Source: a virus (taxonomy: Duplodnaviria > Caudoviricetes). From it: a stretch of 34,705 nt of DNA. Positions 9,145 through 16,445 of this stretch are shown piece after piece (the stretch's first letter is position 1; each line of letters opens with the position of its first letter). The stretch covers positions 1 to 34,705 of IMG/VR virus record IMGVR_UViG_3300009194_000029. One strand, 5' to 3'. The notes below the pieces were generated by a model. The model was not told where the DNA came from, did no database searches, and worked only from the letters and a program-made list of their open reading frames with translations. A program made the position numbers and the translations under genes.

Positions 9145-9467
9145 ACGGCATGGAAATCGACGGCGACACAATCGTCTGGAAGTCAACGCCAGAGCTATAT
9201 GAAGCCGAAGCAAGGGGAGACAAGGACAACACCGTGCGGTTCTTACCGGTACATGGCCGGGAACGCAGGTGCCTGGTTGCAGCATGGGACCACCTAACAA
9301 AAATAAAAATCGTCGAGGTTGGAGGGCAGCGGTCCTTTACACGGACCCTCACGTCGATGTTTACACGGCCACACAAATGCCCCCTATACGAAGGAGACAT
9401 GCTGGTGCAGGTACAATGCTACATTTTTAGCTGGGACCACCCGGAGGCAGGGCATGGGCAGGCGTAA
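9141..9467 (+). CDS. Hypothetical protein, possibly ASCH/PUA-like
   Basis: GTGA-coupled; KSTPELYEAEARGDKDNTVR resembles the ASCH N-terminal G.K..T.R motif. Confidence 0.45.
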   Translation: MNGMEIDGDTIVWKSTPELYEAEARGDKDNTVRFLPVHGRERRCLVAAWDHLTKIKIVEVGGQRSFTRTLTSMFTRPHKCPLYEGDMLVQVQCYIFSWDHPEAGHGQA

Positions 9468-10233
9468 AACAGCAGAGGAGTACGGGGAGGAGATAACCTC
9501 CCTGCACTACCGCCTGGAGGACCTGGAGCGGCGGGGCAAGCAGGACGGGGACCAATACGCCGAGCTGGTGGACAAACTACGCGACCGCAGGGCCAAATGG
9601 GCAGAACGGCTACAGATCACCGTCCACGTTGCAAACAACGAACAAAAGCCCTGGACAGCGGACCTGATACAATACACGACCGCAACAGAAACGATCACCG
9701 TCGACACGCAACCCATGCCCCCGAAAAGCAAAACCGGCTACGACCAGACCGGGGACTATAATTTTTTTATTGAAACATACCAGAAATGGGGCGGCATGGT
9801 TGCAGAACGGAAAACAGCGACCGACCTCTACGGTACGCTATTCTCACGCGACGAAAACCGTAACTGGCAGCGCGCCAGGTTTGCCAGGGAGGTCGACCGG
9901 TTCCAGGCAGATGAACGGTTTAATCGCTTCGCCGTATTTGCAGAATGTAATTTATTTGATTTCCTCAGCTACGTGCCCCGGTTCCACCCAGAGACAAAGA
10001 AATATAATGCCGCCCGGGAGGACCCGGTGAACACCACACAAAAAAGAGCAGCGATCGCCGCGCTTGCGGTTAAGGGCACGCCTGTGCTCTGGTGCGGATC
10101 CCGGAAAGCAGCCGCGCTATTGTACGCACACATGATCCGCGCATGGTGCAGGGACAACTACGGGCATATATTGGGATTGAGACCGGCGGAATTGGGCGGT
10201 CACACGCCGAACGGGGACGGCCGCGAACAATGA
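9454..10233 (+). CDS. ERCC4/XPF-domain structure-specific nuclease
   Basis: TGDY...VAERKT..DL..TL...RF.RE..R...F.VF.E matches the ERCC4 signature; GGAGG before ATG 9454. Confidence 0.8.
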   Translation: MGRRKTAEEYGEEITSLHYRLEDLERRGKQDGDQYAELVDKLRDRRAKWAERLQITVHVANNEQKPWTADLIQYTTATETITVDTQPMPPKSKTGYDQTGDYNFFIETYQKWGGMVAERKTATDLYGTLFSRDENRNWQRARFAREVDRFQADERFNRFAVFAECNLFDFLSYVPRFHPETKKYNAAREDPVNTTQKRAAIAALAVKGTPVLWCGSRKAAALLYAHMIRAWCRDNYGHILGLRPAELGGHTPNGDGREQ

Positions 10234-10243
10234 CCCGCGTAGG

Positions 10244-10290
10244 CCGGAGAACACCCGTGACGAGGGTGTGTGTTCTTCGGTATTTTTTTT
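10244..10290 (+). terminator. Hairpin plus oligo-T terminator
   Basis: CCGGAGAACAC...GTGTTCTTCGG stem followed by TATTTTTTTT, directly upstream of promoter copy 3. Confidence 0.7.
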
Positions 10291-10353
10291 ATAAAGGCAT
10301 GTAGTACCGAAGGTTTTATATATACACGGGTTGTAGTACGGTATAGAGGCAAA
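10291..10353 (+). promoter_or_regulatory. Conserved early promoter, copy 3 (62/63 identical to copy 2)
   Basis: Single C>T difference (GGGTTG versus GGGTCG). Confidence 0.9.
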
Positions 10354-10386
10354 GGGCCTCACACAACTTACACGGAGACGACCCAA

Positions 10387-10644
10387 ATGAACACAATCGA
10401 ACAACTCAGACAGAACGGCTACCACCCAGCAAACCCACAGAACGAACGCATCCACGCCATCATGGCAGAGAGGGCAGACGGGAACAGCTGGGACGAAATC
10501 CTCGCAGCCCTGGACAGGATTATGGACGACCACCAAGGACTACGGGCCCTGGTGGTACGCGACGACGTCTACGAAATCCGCACGGTTGCCAGATGGGAGC
10601 GCGCAGGATACACAATGACAGATAACACGGACATGGGAGAGTAA
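10387..10644 (+). CDS. Hypothetical protein (85 aa), early paralogous family
   Basis: Begins MNTIE; L..NGY....P...........RA.G..WD.I motif. Confidence 0.75.
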   Translation: MNTIEQLRQNGYHPANPQNERIHAIMAERADGNSWDEILAALDRIMDDHQGLRALVVRDDVYEIRTVARWERAGYTMTDNTDMGE

Positions 10645-10678
10645 GCCCACGAACACAACGCACACGGAGACGACCCAA

Positions 10679-11140
10679 ATGAACACAATCGAACTGAGAA
10701 AATACACCCGCGAAAACGGGGAAATCGGCTACATGATAATGAACGACGTAGAACAGGAAACAGACGATGGGCTGATGGTAGTGCCCGCCCGGACCAGGAT
10801 CCCAGCGGCAATCGCGAAGGACCTGATCGGTAGCACCGCCGAAAGCGCAATCATCACCATCGATGTACTGCCAACGCCGGACCAGGCACACATCACGGTC
10901 ACGGAGGACAGGCGGACATATAGTGACCTGATGGAGAACGGGTACGATGCAGGGCTGCCGGCGGAATACAAAGAGGCAGCCATGAAAAAGACCCGTGCAA
11001 TGGGCCACACATGGGACCGGATAAGGCACGCAATAGCAATCCGCTCACACGGAGCCAGCGGGACCAGGAAAGCGCAAATCAGCAACGACCTGGAAAAGGC
11101 AGACCTGGAATGGGCGAAAGAGAACGGCATGGGGAAATAA
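10679..11140 (+). CDS. Hypothetical protein (153 aa), early paralogous family
   Basis: Begins MNTIE with the same leader as 10387; C-terminal domain aligns with 10387, 12505 and 5788. Confidence 0.75.
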   Translation: MNTIELRKYTRENGEIGYMIMNDVEQETDDGLMVVPARTRIPAAIAKDLIGSTAESAIITIDVLPTPDQAHITVTEDRRTYSDLMENGYDAGLPAEYKEAAMKKTRAMGHTWDRIRHAIAIRSHGASGTRKAQISNDLEKADLEWAKENGMGK

Positions 11141-11142
11141 CC

Positions 11143-11361
11143 ATGCCGGACATAGAAGACAGCGATTACTGCCGTGGACGAGAGGCCCTTTACAACGAGG
11201 ACTGGGTCCCAGGGGACCAGGAGGCAGCGATCCGGGCAGCCCAGGGCCACCCGGACGAAACACAGACGTACCTCGAAGTAAGCGCGCTGGCGTTTGAGAA
11301 CCTGCGGCCATTTTTAGAACGGGATCTGGAAGCCGCCAGGGAAGCGGGATGCTTCGAATAA
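11143..11361 (+). CDS. Small acidic hypothetical protein (72 aa)
   Basis: ATG 2 nt after the previous stop; MPDIEDSDYC... Confidence 0.65.
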   Translation: MPDIEDSDYCRGREALYNEDWVPGDQEAAIRAAQGHPDETQTYLEVSALAFENLRPFLERDLEAAREAGCFE

Positions 11362-11373
11362 GGTGGTCCCGGC

Positions 11374-11718
11374 ATGGTGGCAAAGGTAAGAGAGGCCGAG
11401 GAGGGCCTCCTGGAATACTACAGCGACTACGTACCCACCACCAGACGGGCATGGTTCTACCGGGCCCGCAGGGTGGTGGAGGTCGAGGCACAGCGCGGGA
11501 CCAGGGAAATGGCCTGCAACAGGTGTGGCAAGACCCTGGACCTGCAGGTCCACCACATAGACCGGGACATCCAGAACAACCGCAGCGACAACCTCGAGGT
11601 CCTCTGCATAGATTGTCACCTGGAGGAGCACCCCGAGCGGTTGCAGCAATTGTACGCCGTCTGGGTGGACGACAACGGGGAATATTTGACATGCACAGGG
11701 GAGGAGGAGGAGGCATAA
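11374..11718 (+). CDS. HNH endonuclease
   Basis: CNRCG...LQVHHIDRD..NN..DNLEVLC.DCH..EH. Confidence 0.9.
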   Translation: MVAKVREAEEGLLEYYSDYVPTTRRAWFYRARRVVEVEAQRGTREMACNRCGKTLDLQVHHIDRDIQNNRSDNLEVLCIDCHLEEHPERLQQLYAVWVDDNGEYLTCTGEEEEA

Positions 11719-11733
11719 ACAGACAAGCCGCGC

Positions 11734-11796
11734 ATAAAGGCATGTAGTACCGAAGGTTTTATATATACACGGGTCGTAGTACGGTATAGAGGCAAA
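11734..11796 (+). promoter_or_regulatory. Conserved early promoter, copy 4 (identical to copy 2)
   Basis: 63-bp exact match; shares a further GGGCCT with copy 3. Confidence 0.9.
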
Positions 11797-11822
11797 GGGC
11801 CTATAAAAGGAGACGACACAAC

Positions 11823-12278
11823 ATGAGCAACGACAACAACGAACCCGGAGTAACCTACATGACAGAAGTGCTAATGGCAGACCTCGAAGGACGCGCAACC
11901 TGGTGGGAGGCCAAGGCCGAAACCTACGCGGCAATAATCAGATCAGGGGAATATGGCACGGTAGCAGAGGAGCACACCCACAGCAGCTACGGCGACAGGT
12001 TCCCAGCCTTTACAATGACAGACGGCAGAGAACTGCAGACAAACGAAAGCGGAATTTTTAAAGACGGTGTCGGGATTTCAAACACGAAACTACGTGATCC
12101 CGAGGACTTCCCTGATGTGCCCAGGCGGACACTTGCCACGGAGAGAGCGGACCAGAGAAGCAGAATGATGGCATGCTGGAAGCAGGGACGACCAGACCTG
12201 GCAAAGAAACATGACGCAGCAATACACGAACTGAACGACGCAATAGAAAAAATGGGGCCAAGCGCTGGCCCGGAATAA
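11823..12278 (+). CDS. Hypothetical early protein (151 aa)
   Basis: GGAG upstream; first gene after promoter copy 4. Confidence 0.75.
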   Translation: MSNDNNEPGVTYMTEVLMADLEGRATWWEAKAETYAAIIRSGEYGTVAEEHTHSSYGDRFPAFTMTDGRELQTNESGIFKDGVGISNTKLRDPEDFPDVPRRTLATERADQRSRMMACWKQGRPDLAKKHDAAIHELNDAIEKMGPSAGPE

Positions 12279-12295
12279 AACACGGAGGCAGGAGA

Positions 12296-12505
12296 ATGCA
12301 GGAATTTATCAGCGCAATGGAGATGAGCACACCCCTCTCCACCTGCGAGAAGACCGGGACCAAGATCATGCACCGGTCACAACCCACAGAGGCAACGATC
12401 GTGGGCTCGTACCCCGGGGGGTTCCGGGTCCAGGTCACAGAGGACGGCCAGGTCCGGGACCTGATGCTGCCATTTCGGAACATAGACCAGTGGGTGGTAC
12501 AATAA
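12296..12505 (+). CDS. Small beta-rich hypothetical protein (possibly Sm/Lsm-like)
   Basis: GGAGG upstream; EATIVG....FRV......LMLPFRNI pattern. Confidence 0.55.
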   Translation: MQEFISAMEMSTPLSTCEKTGTKIMHRSQPTEATIVGSYPGGFRVQVTEDGQVRDLMLPFRNIDQWVVQ

Positions 12506-12762
12506 TGCACGTGGAGGAGGCGCTACAAATGGCCGGGTACAATATACGCGACGTAGCGCACCACAGGAAGGTGCAGATGTTAGCGGCCAGGATCCACCTC
12601 GACCAGAACGGCTGGGCAGATATAGCATCACACCTAATCGCCAGGTCAAACGAAGCAACGGACCACAGAGCCCGGTCCAGGCTCCGACACGATGTCATGC
12701 ACGCGAGAGAACGGGCCACACGTTACCGTGCCCGGTACTGTGAGCGGCAAAGAAAGCGATGA
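12505..12762 (+). CDS. Hypothetical protein (85 aa), early paralogous family
   Basis: TAATG overlap; L..AGY...GWADIASHL..RS.EAT..RARSRLRHDV. Confidence 0.7.
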   Translation: MHVEEALQMAGYNIRDVAHHRKVQMLAARIHLDQNGWADIASHLIARSNEATDHRARSRLRHDVMHARERATRYRARYCERQRKR

Positions 12763-12966
12763 ATATGAAGCCCCGGTGACGAGCCGGGGCACACAACGAC
12801 ACACCGAGAGGCACGTAGGTAGAATAGAAATTAACCTCGTCCCAAAAATCGGCGTTTCGACCCAAATGGAATAATGACACGTGCATTTATAAGTTTTATG
12901 TTTGGAATATATAGACTGATAATAGTTTCTAATTTATAAATAGAAAGAGAACGCCGGTCCGGCCAC

Positions 12967-13043
12967 GTTACCGTTGTAACCAAACACGACCGACACCATG
13001 ACAAAAACCCGCTCTTTTAAATATAATCAATTACAATGGTAAC
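12967..13043 (+). promoter_or_regulatory. Primase-helicase promoter flanked by inverted iteron-like boxes
   Basis: GTTACCGTTGTAACC ... TTTTAAATATA (TATA-like) ... AATTACAATGGTAAC. Confidence 0.6.
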
Positions 13044-13077
13044 GGGCTAACAGGCGACCCCATGGAGGCACAACGAC

Positions 13078-15618
13078 ATGCTCGACGAAGCACGAAAATA
13101 TACAAAACAAGGACTAATAGTCCATCCGCTCAAAGCAGCAGAGGACGGGAACAGCAGAACAGGAAAAGCACCAATCGAGGCAGGGTGGCAGAACCGGCCC
13201 GCACCCAGGACAGACGCGGAGCTGGAGCAGTTTTTTTTAAATGGCGATTATAACATCGGCCTGCTGTGCGGCAAGGCCAGCAACATCACGGTCATCGACG
13301 TAGACAGCGACCTGTTTATGGCGGATATCCTCGGCGGAATAGACACAGACGGCTGGCTGATCAGCAAACGACCAAACAGCGAGCACAGGTGCCACTTGTA
13401 CTTTAAGTACCAGGAGGACCTCAAGGCACAGAAACACCACGTCCTGGGAATAGAGGTCCTGGCGGACGGGAACAATTGTGTAATGCCCCCCAGCCAGCAC
13501 TACAGCGGAACCAAGTACGAATTTAATCGACCAATAGAGGAAGGGATCCCAGACATGCCCCTGGAATTTAAACGCAGGCTACAGGGGGCGTTTAAATTGG
13601 AGGCAATGTACAAAAAAGCACGGAGCAAATGCAGGCCATGCATCCGGGAATTTTTGAAGGAGCCCGAGGTTTTACACGGATCAGATGGGCGCCTTTACAT
13701 GCTCGCGGTAATGACCGAGATATCAGCGGCATGCAGGGAACTGAAGTACAGCAAGGACGAGCAGGAAAAGGTGGCATACTTCACGGTCCGGTTAATATAC
13801 AAACACGACTACGACCACCAGAGGGCCGAGAAGGAGCTCAACAACATCGACCCGGATAAAACGTGGAAATGCGAAACCTTAAAAGAGCAATTCTGGGATA
13901 GATGTGCCTGCGACGATTGCAAATATAAGGAGCAGGGCAGGGACAAGAGCACCGCCGTCAAGGCCGTACAGGAGGCAGGGGAATCGTTCAAGGACATGCT
14001 GGCCATGGCGGAGGAAATGCAAAGCCGCACGCCGATACTATATGACAAGAGCGGGACGTTCTGGGTCTGGATACAGGGCACCGGATACAGGATGATCGAC
14101 GAGACAGACATCCTGATCGGGCTGAAAAACAGCCTCGGCCTCCGCGGCGTCACAAGGCAGAAGTTTAAAGCGGGAATAATAGAGGCAATCAGGATCACGG
14201 GCCGAGAACGAGCAGCGACGGTGCAGGACCCGGACCCGGCATGGATACAATTTAAAGACACGGTGGTGGACCTGCACACAGGGGAAACATTCACCGCAAC
14301 GCCGGAATATTTCTACACAAGCCCGGTGCCACACAACCTCGGCACCAGCACAGAGACGCCTACCATTGACAGGCTCCTGGCGGAATGGACCAACAGCGAC
14401 CTGAAGCGGCAATTATACGAGATCCTCGCATATACCCTCATGCCATCCTACCCGGTGCATAGGATATTCTGTCTGCACGGGAGCGGGAGGAACGGAAAGG
14501 GACAGTACATGAAACTCATGCGGAAATTTGTAGGGGTCGACAATTGCACCAGCACGGAGATGGAGCGCCTGGCCGATAGCAGGTTTGAAACCGCGAAATT
14601 GTACTGCCGCCGCGCGGTGTTTATGGGCGAGACCAATTTTAGTACCCTGAACAAAACGAGCCGCCTGAAGCAGCTATCCGGAGAGGACATCGTCACCGGA
14701 GAACACAAGAGAAAACAGCCGTTTGATTTTGTGAATTGCGCAAAAATAATAATCGCAACAAACAGCCTGCCGCAGACACAGGACCGGACCGACGGGTTCT
14801 ACAGCAGGTGGCTGGTTATCGATTTTATACATAGGTTTCCAGAAGGGAAGGACCTGATCGACCCAATACCAGAATGGGAGTACGAAAACCTCGGCCTGAA
14901 ATCAATCGAGATCCTGCGAGACCTCCTGACAGAAGGGAAGTTTTACAAGGAGGGAAGCATCGAGGAGCGGCAACGCAAGTACGAGGAAAAGAGCAACCCG
15001 GTCGCAGCATTCGTCAAGGAACAATGTGTCACGGACGACCCGGACGGGTGGGCGCCCCTTTACGAATTGTACGACAGGTACGACATCTACCAGGCAGAGC
15101 ACGGCCACCGGAAATTAACAAAGCGGCAATTTTCAACACAATTACAGGACCTGGGACATGAGAAGGAAAAGGGCAGGATCGCAGATTTTAACGGCGTGTA
15201 TTTTATTGGCCTACGACTAAAGAAAATTGGCCCACAAACAAACCTCGCGGTGGAGGAGAACGGGGACCCGGGCGAACAGCCCGAGAATGAACCAAATTGT
15301 AACCAATGTAACCATTGTAACCAAGGGTCAGTTAAGAATAATAGTATATATAGAGGGTTAAACGGGACACCGGTTACAACGGAAACAACGGTTACAAACC
15401 CGACGCTTTGTAAGGAAATAATAAAAGAGGTGGGCCGGCAATACCCAGGAGGCTACGTCCCGGACACGCAGGCGTTCATCGACGAGTACATGCGCAACCA
15501 CCCCTACGCGGAGGAGGAGGTGGTCGCGCCCCTGATACGACTGCTGAAGAAGAACGGCTGGAAGATACCGATGCAAAGCAGCGGAGGAGGAGACGACGAC
15601 TACGGCAGGAGGACATAA
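13078..15618 (+). CDS. Bifunctional primase-polymerase fused to a D5/P4-type SF3 helicase
   Basis: Prim-pol motifs NIGLLCG, VIDVD, HLYF, V.PPS.H..G..Y; Cys-rich middle region; Walker A GSGRNGKG, Walker B VFMGE, motif C IIATN; C-terminal winged helix. Confidence 0.92.
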   Translation: MLDEARKYTKQGLIVHPLKAAEDGNSRTGKAPIEAGWQNRPAPRTDAELEQFFLNGDYNIGLLCGKASNITVIDVDSDLFMADILGGIDTDGWLISKRPNSEHRCHLYFKYQEDLKAQKHHVLGIEVLADGNNCVMPPSQHYSGTKYEFNRPIEEGIPDMPLEFKRRLQGAFKLEAMYKKARSKCRPCIREFLKEPEVLHGSDGRLYMLAVMTEISAACRELKYSKDEQEKVAYFTVRLIYKHDYDHQRAEKELNNIDPDKTWKCETLKEQFWDRCACDDCKYKEQGRDKSTAVKAVQEAGESFKDMLAMAEEMQSRTPILYDKSGTFWVWIQGTGYRMIDETDILIGLKNSLGLRGVTRQKFKAGIIEAIRITGRERAATVQDPDPAWIQFKDTVVDLHTGETFTATPEYFYTSPVPHNLGTSTETPTIDRLLAEWTNSDLKRQLYEILAYTLMPSYPVHRIFCLHGSGRNGKGQYMKLMRKFVGVDNCTSTEMERLADSRFETAKLYCRRAVFMGETNFSTLNKTSRLKQLSGEDIVTGEHKRKQPFDFVNCAKIIIATNSLPQTQDRTDGFYSRWLVIDFIHRFPEGKDLIDPIPEWEYENLGLKSIEILRDLLTEGKFYKEGSIEERQRKYEEKSNPVAAFVKEQCVTDDPDGWAPLYELYDRYDIYQAEHGHRKLTKRQFSTQLQDLGHEKEKGRIADFNGVYFIGLRLKKIGPQTNLAVEENGDPGEQPENEPNCNQCNHCNQGSVKNNSIYRGLNGTPVTTETTVTNPTLCKEIIKEVGRQYPGGYVPDTQAFIDEYMRNHPYAEEEVVAPLIRLLKKNGWKIPMQSSGGGDDDYGRRT
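15298..15396. repeat. Origin-like element A: 3x TGTAACC, 49-bp AT-rich spacer, inverted GGTTACA boxes (inside the primase-helicase gene)
   Basis: 9-bp periodic boxes in inverted orientation around AATAATAGTATATATAG; 90/99 identical to 23885-23983. Confidence 0.7.
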
Positions 15619-15620
15619 CC

Positions 15621-16172
15621 ATGCCGGACATCCTGCACGTCTTCGACCTCGACTACACCCTGGTGGTCCCGGACGCAGGAGCGAACAAGCGCTCCTCATT
15701 CTTCCAGGTCCACAGATATGAGCCCATAGGGCCCATGGTGGACCTTTTCGACGCCTGCCCGAACAAGGTCATCCTGACCAACAGACATCCCGCTGTGGGG
15801 CCGGAATTGGAGCATATATGGGGCGTCCCGGTCCATTGCAGAGAACACGACCTGGAATGGGCAGACATACAGCAGATAAACACCGACTCGGCCAGGCTCG
15901 AGGCGTTCATGGCCAAAATGGCGGAACAGAAGACAACCAAGGTCAACGCCTGGGCCCAGGAACACGAGAGGGTGGTGTTTTTTGAGGACCATCTGCGCAG
16001 GTTCAACCCGGACACATTCGCCGACAACGTGACGGCGGTGGACCCGCTACCGATCATAAAACAGGCCAACTACCCCGGTCTAACAGAGGCCGACGTCCAG
16101 GTTTTACTCCAGGGCAGACCAGGAGGAGCGCTGTGGGCCGACGACCTGCTCGCGCATAGAGGGATGGAATGA
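15621..16172 (+). CDS. HAD-superfamily hydrolase/phosphatase
   Basis: Motif I VFDLDYTL, motif II ILTNR, motif IV FFED. Confidence 0.8.
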   Translation: MPDILHVFDLDYTLVVPDAGANKRSSFFQVHRYEPIGPMVDLFDACPNKVILTNRHPAVGPELEHIWGVPVHCREHDLEWADIQQINTDSARLEAFMAKMAEQKTTKVNAWAQEHERVVFFEDHLRRFNPDTFADNVTAVDPLPIIKQANYPGLTEADVQVLLQGRPGGALWADDLLAHRGME

Positions 16173-16276
16173 GGGCACGAGACCAGGCGGAGAAAATCAC
16201 CGCCCGGGCAATCGTGGCCCTGGCCAGGATCCTGCAAGGAATCACCAGGGCAATCAGGAGAATATGGAGGGATTGA
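16169..16276 (+). CDS. Small amphipathic basic peptide (35 aa)
   Basis: ATGA overlap; MRARDQAEKITARAIVALARILQGITRAIRRIWRD. Confidence 0.45.
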   Translation: MRARDQAEKITARAIVALARILQGITRAIRRIWRD

Positions 16277-16277
16277 G

Positions 16278-16445
16278 ATGGGCCGACGACGGAACCGGAG
16301 CAACCGGATCGAGCACGTACCACCCGAAAACCTGACCATCACAGAGAGGCAGCGACAGGCAGACATATATGACGGCATGGGCCTGGCAGAGGCAGCCGCA
16401 GCGAAGACAAAACGGAACCGCACCACAAGGACATGGGGCCGTTGA
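16278..16445 (+). CDS. Small basic protein (55 aa)
   Basis: GGAGG upstream; MGRRRNRSNRIEHVPPENL... Confidence 0.55.
   Translation: MGRRRNRSNRIEHVPPENLTITERQRQADIYDGMGLAEAAAAKTKRNRTTRTWGR

Noticed and set aside
4998-11802. CRISPR or mini-CRISPR array made of the repeated sequences
   Set aside because: Copies are 0.5-4.8 kb apart, separated by genes, and contain a TATA box; there is no regular repeat-spacer structure
5352-12278. P-x-LA-x11-DAI similarity between the proteins at 5352 and 11823
   Set aside because: Too short and compatible with generic amphipathic helices
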